Source: an uncultured Deferribacteres bacterium
GTDB lineage: Bacteria; Zhuqueibacterota; Zhuqueibacteria; Zhuqueibacterales; Geothermadaptataceae
DNA length: 38,344 nt
NCBI GenBank assembly: GCA_964014485.1
Contig: CAXHAT010000066.1
Coordinates: 1-38,344, forward strand
Reading direction: 5' to 3'
The position numbers and the translations under genes were made by a program. The notes beneath the pieces were generated by a model. It did not search any database, had not been told where the DNA came from, and saw nothing but the letters and a program-made list of their open reading frames with translations. Each line of letters opens with the position of its first letter. Position 1 is the first letter of the stretch. Below, piece by piece: positions 8,283-18,300 of this stretch.

Positions 8283-9629
8283 CTAAAATAATTTTGCGAG
8301 CCCATAGGCTCCGACAAGAACAATCGCCGCAGCGCTGAGCCAAAAGATCAAATCGTATTTTTTAGAGGGAAGCAATGTCTCCGGGAGCCGCCAATAGCGA
8401 AAGTGAAATGCGGCAAAAACGACGATGAACAGAATAATTGAGGTGACAATGCCGCCGATGACCACCATGAAAACCGGCAGTTGAATAAACAAGAACAAGA
8501 TTGCCCAAACAAGCGGAAAAGCCCAAGCCATGACCATGTAAGCCCGTTTCCGAGCAACGGGATCATAAAAATTGATCCAGCCGATTTGCCCCAAGGCGTC
8601 CGCAAAAAGCCTGAGCCAAGAGGCGAGCGCCGCGAACAGTGTTGAAAAAAGCACCGCAACCGCGCCTAACAGAAAAATCGTTTTCGCTCCCGGCCCAAGC
8701 GTTTGGGTGTACATTGCCGACAACGTTTCGATCATGCCGTAGCCTTGCGGCACTTCACCGCTCGCATGCAATACGGCGGCCCCGAGCAGATAAAAAGCGG
8801 CAGTGACTGTCGTGTAAAGAATCATTGCCGCAGCCGCGTCGAGGTACATGACCCGAATCCAACCTTTGGCGCGTGCGTTCCATTCTGGAGAATCGTCTTT
8901 AGGGCCGGTGAACGCGGCGTAGCCCTTTTCCAGGCACCAATAGCTGTAGATCATGATTTCGTCGCCGCCCACGCCGGTAAGGCCAAATGCGCCGATTGCA
9001 ACGCCGATGGCGACGGCGGGCAAGTGGAACGACATCCCTTCGGCGATATTCGCCCAGGTTATCGCGTAGGGCGTGTATTGCAAAAAAAAGATCGAAACAA
9101 ACGTAAAAATCGTGAACAAGCCGATCATGACGATGGACGTTTTTTCGATAAATTGGTAGTACCCGCGAAAAACGAGCGCCGCCACAGCCGTCGCAACGGC
9201 GAATGTCCAAAACGGTACACTCACATCCGGCAGCGCGATGTGCAGGGTGAGCGCCACGCCGCCAACAATGCCGCCGAGCTGCAAAAATTTCAAGCTCATC
9301 AACGACAGCCACGTCCAGATGGTCCAATTCGCTTTTCCAAATTTGGGGCCGGGAAGCTTGTTGAATGCCGCCATGACGGATTCACCGCTGTTTATGGCGT
9401 GTTTGCCAAACTCTACCTGAATCGCGACTTTTACGAGACAACTGACGATAATCACCCAAAAGGTGACAAATCCGGCCTGGGCGCCAAGCGTCGTCGTGGC
9501 AATGAGTTCGCCGGAGCCGACGATGCTGGCCGATAAAATGAAGCCCGGCCCGAGAAACCGCAGCTTTTGCAAAAATTTTTGAGGCGGTTCGCGAACAAGA
9601 TCGGCGGATACGCGGTAAGGGTCTGTCAT
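8283..9629 (-). CDS. Nramp/APC-superfamily membrane transporter
   Basis: LGPGFILSASIVGSGELIATT N-terminal motif and about 11 TM segments. Lacks the canonical DPGN metal motif. Confidence 0.85.
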   Translation of the reverse strand: MTDPYRVSADLVREPPQKFLQKLRFLGPGFILSASIVGSGELIATTTLGAQAGFVTFWVIIVSCLVKVAIQVEFGKHAINSGESVMAAFNKLPGPKFGKANWTIWTWLSLMSLKFLQLGGIVGGVALTLHIALPDVSVPFWTFAVATAVAALVFRGYYQFIEKTSIVMIGLFTIFTFVSIFFLQYTPYAITWANIAEGMSFHLPAVAIGVAIGAFGLTGVGGDEIMIYSYWCLEKGYAAFTGPKDDSPEWNARAKGWIRVMYLDAAAAMILYTTVTAAFYLLGAAVLHASGEVPQGYGMIETLSAMYTQTLGPGAKTIFLLGAVAVLFSTLFAALASWLRLFADALGQIGWINFYDPVARKRAYMVMAWAFPLVWAILFLFIQLPVFMVVIGGIVTSIILFIVVFAAFHFRYWRLPETLLPSKKYDLIFWLSAAAIVLVGAYGLAKLF

Positions 9630-9700
9630 TGGCGGTACAGCTCAGATTTGGTATGTTTAAACGGAACGTCGGTGCAAAATTGACAGGATTGATTTAATGA

Positions 9701-9983
9701 CTGATGTTACGCGCCAGCTTCACAATACAGCAACCGTTTGTCAACGTCATTTCGCAGAGGCGCACTACCGTCAATCTAATTTCAAGACCCCCAAGATTCT
9801 CGCTCCCAATCTCTGGATTGAGGGCGCAATTGCACTCGAAACTCCTGTTTCGAGTGCAATTCTTTGGTTCGAAACCGGAGTTTCGAGTCCATTTCCGTTC
9901 CCAAACTGGAGTTTGGGAACGAGCTGCAATGAGGCGCTGTTTGCGGTTGAGTATCGGCAAAGCTATACTGCGCGTAAGATCAG
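9701..9983. mobile_element. MITE, family A, containing a CTCG(T/C)TCCCAA-type REP doublet
   Basis: TIR CTGATGTTACGCGC / GCGCGTAAGATCAG (13/14). Flanks TTAATGA / TTAATAA form a 7-bp TSD with one mismatch. Interior 9799-9923 has four hairpins. Confidence 0.8.
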
Positions 9984-11585
9984 TTAATAAGTAATCTCCT
10001 CGCCTGCCAAAGGCGGCGTTGCGTGCGGCAATCGATGCGCTTTGGTTTTTTGCTCAAAAGCGTAGCCTAACGCGAGAAGGCGCGGCTCGCTAAAAGCTCG
10101 ACCAAAAAATGAAATGGTCACCGGCAGCCCTCGTCCGGTAAATCCGGCGGGCACGATCAGGTCTGGAAAACCGGTCAAATTGGCGAGAATAACGGGCGAG
10201 CCGGAGGAGCCGGGGGCGGCGCCGGGACGCGGCGGCGAATCGATCAATCCCGGGCGGCGCGGCGATGTGGGATAAACGATAGCGTCCAATTCGTTCGCTT
10301 CAAAAATCCCTTCAATAATTCCGCGAATCAAAGGCAGCGCGTGGTCACGGACGGCGATGTAGTCATGGTCTGTCAATTTCCCGCTCGCATCTTCTCTTTT
10401 CATCAACCCCCAGCGAATCGGATTCGGCGTCACGCCGTCGGCGCGCGTTGCAGTCACCGTCATAGATCGTTCGACCAGCTCAGCGAGCGTTTTTGGATAC
10501 CCGGATTTGAGCGTCGCAAGATAATCAGCGATTTGCGCGCGGAATTCACGGTAGCGAATGGTGCGATAAAAGTGGCCGCGTGCTTCCAAAAGCCAGCTCG
10601 GTAAACGAACTTCGATCAATGCGGCCCCGGCTTTTTTCATCGTTTCAAGTCCCGCTTCAATGATCCAATCCACTTCGGGATCGTCGCCCATGAAATCGCG
10701 CGCGATGCCGATGCGGGCGCCTTTGAGCGCTTTGGCGTCAAGAAATTGCGTGTAATCGGCTTTGGATTTTCCGGCGCTTTTTTGCGTTGCAGGATCAGCC
10801 GCATCAACGCCGACCATAACGCCTAATGCTTCGGCAACGTCATAAACGCTGCGCGCCATTGGCCCGGCCGTGTCAAAAGAAAGCGCCAGCGGGATAATGC
10901 CGTCGCGGCTCAACAAGCCGTGTGTTGGCTTCAACCCAACAATTCCGTTTGCCGAAGACGGGCCGCGTACGGAACCGCCAGTGTCCGTGCCCAAGCCAAT
11001 CGGGGCGTAGGCTGCGGCAATGGCGGCGCCGGTTCCGCCGGAAGAACCGGAGGGCGTGCGCGCCGAATTGTGCGGGTTATAAGTCGGCCCGCCGAGAGAA
11101 CTCATCGCGTCGCCGGAAGCGAATTCGCTCATATTGAGCTTGGCGAGAATAATCGCGCCCGCTTCGCGAAGTTTTCGGGCTAAAAAGGCGTCGTCCGGGG
11201 GCAAAGAATTTTCGAGCATAAAAGACCCCGCCGTCGTCGGCATGTCCGCCGTGTCAATGTTGTCCTTTAAGAGAACGGGGACGCCGTGCAAGGGCGAACG
11301 CGGCCCAATTTCTTTGCGCTCCACGTCGAGGGATTTTGCGGTTTTCACAGCGTTTGGATTGAGCAAAATGACGGCGTTCAATTTAGGCCCGTCGTTGTCG
11401 TAAGCTTCTATCCTTGCCAGGCAAAGCTTGACGAGTTGTTCGGAGGTCAGCGCGCCTGCGTCAAATGCGGCGTTGATTTCTGCAATTGTCGCCGTTGTCA
11501 GAGAAAAAGTTTTGTTCTGGGCGAACCCCGGTGAAGATGAGTAGAGGAAAAGAATAATGGCAAGTTTGGACAAAAAGCGTTTCAT
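9984..11585 (-). CDS. Secreted amidase (amidase-signature family)
   Basis: LLKDNIDT, SGSSGG and GTDTGGSVRGP (Ser-cisSer-Lys triad). Likely start ATG 11585 (MKRFLSKLAII signal peptide). Confidence 0.93.
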   Translation of the reverse strand: MKRFLSKLAIILFLYSSSPGFAQNKTFSLTTATIAEINAAFDAGALTSEQLVKLCLARIEAYDNDGPKLNAVILLNPNAVKTAKSLDVERKEIGPRSPLHGVPVLLKDNIDTADMPTTAGSFMLENSLPPDDAFLARKLREAGAIILAKLNMSEFASGDAMSSLGGPTYNPHNSARTPSGSSGGTGAAIAAAYAPIGLGTDTGGSVRGPSSANGIVGLKPTHGLLSRDGIIPLALSFDTAGPMARSVYDVAEALGVMVGVDAADPATQKSAGKSKADYTQFLDAKALKGARIGIARDFMGDDPEVDWIIEAGLETMKKAGAALIEVRLPSWLLEARGHFYRTIRYREFRAQIADYLATLKSGYPKTLAELVERSMTVTATRADGVTPNPIRWGLMKREDASGKLTDHDYIAVRDHALPLIRGIIEGIFEANELDAIVYPTSPRRPGLIDSPPRPGAAPGSSGSPVILANLTGFPDLIVPAGFTGRGLPVTISFFGRAFSEPRLLALGYAFEQKTKAHRLPHATPPLAGEEITY

Positions 11586-11690
11586 GAGAGCGTCCTGAAA
11601 ATGGAAGGCTTTTTTGACTGGATTTACGAGATTAACCGGATTTTTCAACTTGAACGAGCCGGAGTCCAAAAAGAATTTTCTACCTTATTA

Positions 11691-11840
11691 CAAAACGCAG
11701 AGACGCGGAGTTCGGAGAGCTTCGCGGAGCTATGGCCAAAAATGGAATGCGGTTCAGGCTTACCTGCTGGCTGCGACTTTGTGAATATTTATTTTAGTTT
11801 TCTTGGCGCATCTCAGCGTCTTTTGCGTCTCTGCGTTTTG
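11691..11840. repeat. ACGCAGAG-type inverted repeat element
   Basis: Perfect 16-bp IR CAAAACGCAGAGACGC / GCGTCTCTGCGTTTTG with degenerate 8-9-mer subrepeats. Adjacent 9-mer array GACTGGATT-TACGAGATT-AACCGGATT at 11617-11643. Confidence 0.65.
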
Positions 11841-11888
11841 AAAAATCTCGCCTAAGACGGTTTTGCAAGAAGCGAGATTAAGCCGGGC

Positions 11889-13004
11889 CTAATTTCTTTC
11901 AGGGCGGTTGTAATAGATAACGTTGACGGCGCCGGAATTTGCCGTGACGATATCCGGGAAACGATCATTGTTCAAATCTCCAACCGCAACGTCGTAGGTC
12001 TTGTGATTTTCGTTGCCGAACAGGAGCGTCTCGAAAGCCAGACCTGTCCCGTCGTTGAAAAAAACTGCGTTTTTCTGGCCGTTGTTGCCGATCACAATGT
12101 CAACGTCGCCGTCTAAATCAAAATCATCCAAAGCAACGGAGTAACTGCGCCCGTCGCTCTCGCCGAATGAAGCGGCTGAAGTGAAATTGCCCTTGCCGTC
12201 TCCAAAAACAATCGCGTTGTTTTCGCCGATATTTGCAGAGACCACGTCTAAAAATCCGTCGCCGTTCATATCCGCCAACGCAACGCTGCGCGTTTCATCC
12301 GCGCCCGAACCAAACGGGAATTTCTTTGAAAAATTGCCCTTGCCGTCGTTGAGAAGCGCGTAGTTTTGCTGCCCGTTGCGGTTCGCGAGCGCGAGATCAA
12401 GCGATCCATCGCCGTCAATATCGCCGACGGCTACCGTGATCGTTGCTTCCTCCGCTTCGCCGAATAAGGCGCGCTTCGCAAAACCCGCCTTTCCGTCGTT
12501 AAAATAAATCGCGTTTGCAGCGCCTCTATTGACGACAATAACGTCAACGTGTGAATCGTTGTTGAGGTCGGCCAGGGTGATGTTTCGTGTCGGATCGCTG
12601 TCCGCGCCGAATGTGCCGTTCGACGAAAACCGCCCTGTCCCGTCATTGAGAAACACCATATTTCGTACCCGATCATTTCCGGTCGCTGTGTCGAGATCGC
12701 CGTCGCCGTCAAGGTCGGCTAAGGGCGCAGCGTAGGTCGTCGCACGCTCTGCTCCCAAATCTCTTGCCAGCAGAAACCGTCCGGAGCCGTTGTTCATAAA
12801 AACAAAATTTTGTTGCGCCCAGTGCCTGCCGTTGGCCACGATGGCGTCAAGGAAACCGTCACCGTCGACGTCACCAAGATGAATTGCGGCGGTCAGGTTG
12901 GTTTCAGCACCGAGAGTCAAAACAGGTGAAGTACGAAATGTTCTTTCTTGAGCAAAAACGAAGCTGGAAGATAATATGATGAGCAAAAAAGATGCGTATT
13001 TCAT
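11889..13004 (-). CDS. FG-GAP/VCBS repeat beta-propeller protein
   Basis: Seven repeats of DxDGDGxLD...N...NDGxG; signal peptide. Confidence 0.92.
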   Translation of the reverse strand: MKYASFLLIILSSSFVFAQERTFRTSPVLTLGAETNLTAAIHLGDVDGDGFLDAIVANGRHWAQQNFVFMNNGSGRFLLARDLGAERATTYAAPLADLDGDGDLDTATGNDRVRNMVFLNDGTGRFSSNGTFGADSDPTRNITLADLNNDSHVDVIVVNRGAANAIYFNDGKAGFAKRALFGEAEEATITVAVGDIDGDGSLDLALANRNGQQNYALLNDGKGNFSKKFPFGSGADETRSVALADMNGDGFLDVVSANIGENNAIVFGDGKGNFTSAASFGESDGRSYSVALDDFDLDGDVDIVIGNNGQKNAVFFNDGTGLAFETLLFGNENHKTYDVAVGDLNNDRFPDIVTANSGAVNVIYYNRPERN

Positions 13005-13025
13005 GGGTGGAAGTTTTTTATCGGG

Positions 13026-13098
13026 TGGAGTGCGGCGATTTATCGTCGTCTTGCATTGGGAATTTGGCTAAGCAAACGCCGACGCGTTTGACTCTCCA
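13026..13098. repeat. REP-like doublet (TGGAGTGCGGCGATTTATCGTCG family)
   Basis: 13029-13048 is the exact reverse complement of 21337-21356. The partner hairpin CAAACGCCGACGCGTTTGACTC matches 21294-21315. Confidence 0.7.
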
Positions 13099-13152
13099 GG
13101 CTCATTGCTAAAGTAAGCAGTCAAGTGGTCGATTTTGCGGTCTTGGTCTGGT

Positions 13153-13911
13153 TTAGCTTTTGAAACTTTTGATTTTGCCCTTGAGCATGAAGCCGCAACT
13201 TCGTAGTCCGGCTTTGGTCAAGGCGCCTCGCGAAGCAAAATTTCCGATGTTGCATCGAGCCGCTGGAACTCTTCCCGCCAAGTAACACTCTTTTTTTATT
13301 TCCTGCAAAATATAACTTCCCAATCCCCTGCGTCTGAATCCTTCACACGTTTCCATGTAAAGATCGGCGAACGGCATGTTGTAATGCAGGAGAAATCCGC
13401 CGGAGGCGACGATTTCACCGTCGATTTCTACCACGAAATCGGCGGGATCGTCCTGTCGCCGGTTGCAATAAAACGTTTCGTCCTTTCGTCTGCGCCGGAA
13501 TACGGCCCCGGGAATGGTGAGATTGGTCATTGCGTGCTCCTCGAACAAGACAACGTCGGCGTTGACGTTTTCCGCAAACTCGTAGAGCATTGTCGTGAGC
13601 AAAAAGTCGTTGCTCTGGCACTCGATAAGAGGAACCCCCGCGGACTGAATGAATTCCGAGAAAACAGAGCTGGCAAAACGGCGGTGCTGCGGTGTGAGAT
13701 AAAACTCAAAAATCGTATCGCGATTCTTAATCTCTTGCCCCATCACAGAACCGTAGCCAACGGGCTTGCCGTCAAATTTGATAAGATAAGAGTCCGTCCA
13801 ACCGCGTTCGTGGCAGGCGTTGTATCGAATTTGAAAATTGGTTTCCTGCAGAAAGAGATTCCGCAGCGGCAGGATATCTTTTAAGCTCGATTTTTGAACT
13901 GAAATTTTCAT
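13153..13911 (-). CDS. GNAT-family N-acetyltransferase (probably tandem GNAT)
   Basis: C-terminal FRRRGLGS motif and NFASRGALTKAG. Confidence 0.85.
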   Translation of the reverse strand: MKISVQKSSLKDILPLRNLFLQETNFQIRYNACHERGWTDSYLIKFDGKPVGYGSVMGQEIKNRDTIFEFYLTPQHRRFASSVFSEFIQSAGVPLIECQSNDFLLTTMLYEFAENVNADVVLFEEHAMTNLTIPGAVFRRRRKDETFYCNRRQDDPADFVVEIDGEIVASGGFLLHYNMPFADLYMETCEGFRRRGLGSYILQEIKKECYLAGRVPAARCNIGNFASRGALTKAGLRSCGFMLKGKIKSFKS

Positions 13912-13985
13912 GTGCCGGCTCGGGGTTGCGCCCCGACGGTTTTGCGTTGGTTCTTCAAATGTCGGGGCAAGGCGCCGGTCGGCGA

Positions 13986-14744
13986 CTATTTGCGCTTACT
14001 GTCGCAATAATGCCCGATTGCGCGGCGAAGAAACGCCGCTAAACCTGCTCCGAATTTTTCATAATACGCCGTAAAACGTTCATCTTCAACATACATCCGC
14101 GCCAAACCGCGGTAACGCTCCAGCGAGACTTCGTAGAATGTGTTCAGATGTTGATGATAACGAGAAACCGCATTTTGCACTTGAGCATTGGACGGCGCCA
14201 AATGCATCAGGCTCGCCAAAAGACGACAAATCTCTTCGCCCTCCTTTTTCGCGGCTTGCAAACCGTTCTTACCCAATTTCCGGACATTCGCTTCTGATTC
14301 CGCCAGTTGACTTTTTCCCCAGCGTTCCGAAACTTCCCGGCGTATTTCCTTGATTTCCGTATCGGAAAATCCTTCGTACATTTCTTTTTCGGTCATCTCA
14401 TTCTCCTTGTTGCTTCTAAGTTCATCGATTGTTTTGTCAACGGTTTCGACAAGCTTCGCCAATCTATCGGCTCGTTTCGTAAGTTGTTCACGATGAAATT
14501 CGAGCGCGTCAAGCAAATCAAAATTTTCATTATTGACGATCTCCGCAATTTCCCGCAACGAAAAATCCAATTCTTTAAAAAACAGTATTTGCTGCAGTCT
14601 AAATAATTCATGCCTGCCGTAGAGCCGATAGCCTTTTTCCGTTCTTTCCAACGGTTTCAGCAAGCCGATGCGATCATAATGATGCAGCGTGCGAATGCTG
14701 ATTCCCGCCAGATTCGACATTTTTTTTACCGAGAAATATTTCAT
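13986..14744 (-). CDS. MerR-family regulator with TipAS-like ligand domain (TipA/Mta type)
   Basis: SIRTLHHYDRIGLLKP..GYRLY..LQQILFFKELDFSLREI helix-turn-helix. C-terminal GLARMYVEDERFTAYYEK..GLAAFL is TipAS-like. Confidence 0.92.
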   Translation of the reverse strand: MKYFSVKKMSNLAGISIRTLHHYDRIGLLKPLERTEKGYRLYGRHELFRLQQILFFKELDFSLREIAEIVNNENFDLLDALEFHREQLTKRADRLAKLVETVDKTIDELRSNKENEMTEKEMYEGFSDTEIKEIRREVSERWGKSQLAESEANVRKLGKNGLQAAKKEGEEICRLLASLMHLAPSNAQVQNAVSRYHQHLNTFYEVSLERYRGLARMYVEDERFTAYYEKFGAGLAAFLRRAIGHYCDSKRK

Positions 14745-14924
14745 AGAAATCAAGTGGTGAAATGATCAATTGTCAGTTCATCAATAGCCAGGAATACGGC
14801 GGTTTTCGGTCGCCTTGTTGCAGCGCCCATTTCCAGATCAAACACTTAATCGCATGGCTCCGAAGCTAATTTCCGGCTATGGCCGCGGTCGCGAATATTA
14901 TCGTTCGACTGCCGTGATGATCAT

Positions 14925-14955
14925 AATATAAGCCATGACGCAAGGGGAGGGTCAA
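14925..14955 (-). promoter_or_regulatory. MerR-type promoter/operator, -35 TTGACC / 19 bp / -10 TATATT
   Basis: The minus strand reads TTGACC-CTCCCCTTGCGTCATGGCT-TATATT. The 19-bp spacer with an imperfect dyad is the MerR-family hallmark, and it faces the MerR gene. Confidence 0.75.
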
Positions 14956-15384
14956 GCGTTTTTTTTCAATGCTAAAATTAAAGGCCGTTTGCTTTACTCA
15001 AAGCAAAGAAGCAGACTGGCAGGAGGATATGTTACATTGCGGCTTCTCTGCAAATGGGCTTGCCCGCTTGTATTTTTGGAAGATTCAATATTCGAACTTA
15101 AGGATATTGAACGACGGGAAGGGACTCCTGCCGATTAATTTATTTTTCCTTTCAGTTTCTCTTCGTGTTAGAAGGACCTGCCGAGAGAACGCCCAAGCAG
15201 TCCGATTGGATGCAATCTTGAAGCTTGAACTTTTCTCTTGCTCTAACTAAAACGCACTTCGTCGACTTTTTTCCTGCTCTACCTATCGTCTTCTCAGTTT
15301 CGCGTTTGCTTCAAGCCGCTACCGATCCTTCAATTTCAACCTGTTACAGGATCATCTCAGACTCTTCACCAGGAGGAACGCAGC

Positions 15385-18300
15385 ATGACTCAGCAGCAAA
15401 GCGGGTCTCACACGAATGCCGGTCACACTATTCGAAAACGCACGTTTACCCGATTAACGCAGCTGTTTCTCAGCGGGATTTGGGCGCTCTCGGCAACCAT
15501 GACCTTTGCACAGACGCACAATTCAACAGCAGTCGTTGAAGGTTATCGCGATTTTAGTTACGGCTCGGCTTATGAGAAACCGACTTCCGAAAAGCCCGAG
15601 CACAAGCTTTGGATCGTCGACAACATCTGGTATGGCAGCATGTGGGACGAAAGTTCTTCAACCTACTCAATTCACCGGTACGACAAATCCGGCCCGAGTT
15701 GGACAAACGTCGGCCCCGGCATCGATGACAGAGCCAATTCGCTCGCCGACGCATTGTGGGACGGCAACAAGCTTTACATTGCCAGCCATATGCGCACCGG
15801 AAGCGGCGCGGCAAGGCTTTACCGCTACAGCTACGACGGCGGCTCGCAGACCTTCAGTCTCGACGCCGGTTTTCCGGTTGACGTCAATGACGAAGACTCT
15901 GAAACCCTGACCATCACCAAGGATTCAACCGGGAAATTGTGGATTACCTGGACTTCCGGCGGGCAGGTTATGGTTAATTGCTCGATCACCGGCGACGACG
16001 ATTGGGAATCGGATCCGGGACAGCCCGACGGCCCGTTCGAATTGCCTGTCACCGATTCCGACGCAAGCTCAGACGATATTTCCGCAATTGTCTCGTTCGG
16101 CGGAGACAAGATTGGCATTCTCTGGTCAAACCAGGGCGAAGAAGCCATGCTTTTCGCCGCACATCGCGACGACGATCCGCGCGATTCCTGGCAAGCGAAA
16201 GAATTGGCCTTTTTTGATGCAGGCTTGGGGGCGGTAGCAGATGATCACATCAACATGAAAGTGACGGCGGATAACGGCGGCAACGTTTACGCGGTCACCA
16301 AAACCAGCCTTGAAGGCGGCAGTGATCCGGTTGTGACGCTTCTAAAAAGAGATTCGAGCGGAAATTGGGAATGGCATCAAGTCTGGGACGTGGACGACGA
16401 CCACTCCCGTCCGATCCTTTTAATCGATGAAGAAAATCGCGACTTGTACGTTTTCGCTCCGAGCTTAACCGGCTCGCCGCGCACGATCTACATGAAGTCC
16501 ACCAGCATGGACAATATCAATTTCCCTTCAGGCATTGGGACGACATTTATTCGAAGTAATTCGGACGACGTTGTCAACGATCCGACTTCGACGCGCCAGA
16601 ACGTTAACGGAGCGACGGGCATTCTCGTACTCGCCAGCGCTGAAGACACCAGACACTATCTACATAACTATATTGAGCTCAGTTCATCTTCCCCGCCCGA
16701 CGCACCGACCAGCTTGAGCGCGACGACGCAAAGCAGTTCGCAAATCAATCTTGCATGGACGGACAATTCGTCAAATGAATCAGGCTTTAAGATCGAGCGG
16801 CATTCCGGCGACGGAAACTTCTCGGAAATCGCCGATGTTGCCGCAGGCGTTGAAAGTTATAATGATACGGGGCTTTCTTCCAGCACAACCTACACTTATC
16901 GCGTTTACGCTTATAACGGCTCCGGAGACTCAGGCTTCAGCAATGAAGCTTCGGCTACAACTGATGCACCGCCGCCGCCGCCGGCAGCACCGTCCGCCCT
17001 CACCGCAACGGCCAATGGTTCGTCGCAGATCGACCTGGCCTGGACGGACAACGCCAACAACGAAGATGAATTCAAAATCGAACGTCATGACGGCGACGGC
17101 AACTTTGTTCAAATCGCGACCGTCAGCGCAGATGTAACTTCCTATAATGACACAGGCTTGAGCGCCAGCACGACTTACACTTACCGGGTGCGAGCGAGCA
17201 ACGGATCCGGTGATTCAGGCTATTCCAATGAAGCCTCGGCGACGACGGACGATCCGCCTCCGCCGCCTGCTGATCCGTCCGGTCTGACCGCAACGGCAAA
17301 CGGCCATAATCAAATCGATTTGGCATGGAATGACAATTCCGGAAATGAAGATGAGTTTAGAATCGAACGTCATGACGGCGACGGCAACTTCACTGAAATT
17401 GCAACCGTAGGCGCGGACGTTACTTCTTATAATGATACTGGCCTAGACGCATTAACAACATATACCTATCGCGTCTTTGCCGTGAACGGTTCGGGCAGCT
17501 CGGGCTATTCGAACGAAGCTTCAGCCACAACGGATGAAGCGCCGCCGGTGACTTGTTCGCCCGGCGAAAATCTCACGAGCGGTAAAGTTTTGACGGCAAG
17601 TTCCGTTGAAGTGGAAGACGGGCCAATTCCGAACGCCAATGACGGCGATCTTGAAACTTACTGGGAGAGCGCTGACGTTGATGAAGGCGTTCCGGAATGG
17701 CTGCACGTTGATCTCGAAGAAATCTTCGACGTTGACAGCATCAGCGTTGCCTGGGAGAGTAAAAACTACGCCACCGTCTATGAAATTCAAACTTCACAAG
17801 ACGACGTCAACTGGACCACGGCGGTCAGTGCGACGAAGGATGATAAGGGCACGGACGTTTTCTCTTTCCCCGCCGTCGCAGCCCGTTATGTTCGCGTCCA
17901 TATGACCGAGTATAAAAAGTCGAGCGTGAAAATCGCCGAATTTGAAGTTTTCGGCTGTTCCGACGGCGGTTCGCCGCAACCGCCCGCTGACCCGTCCGGC
18001 TTGACCGCAACGGCCAACGGAACGGCGCAAATCGATTTGGCCTGGACGGATAATTCCGGAAATGAAGATAATTTCAAGATCGAACGCCATGCCGGCGACG
18101 GTAATTTCGCCGAGATTGCGACGGTCGGCGCGGACGTCACGTCGTTTGGCGACACAGGCCTTTCGGCTTCCACGACCTACACTTATCGCGTGCGCGCTGC
18201 GAACGCCGCCGGGAATTCCGGTTACTCCAATGAAGCGTCAGCAACGACGGACGACCCGCCGCAACCGCCCGCTGATCCGTCCGGCTTGACGGCCACGGCC

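Noticed and set aside
9694..9994. Small ORFs over MITEs (also 1077-1307, 2792-3192, 21330-21581)
   Set aside because: They coincide with palindromic repeat elements and have no RBS or protein motifs.
11586..11669. N-terminal extension of the amidase (NPVNLVNPV)
   Set aside because: It is a translation of the 9-mer repeat; the signal peptide starts at 11585.
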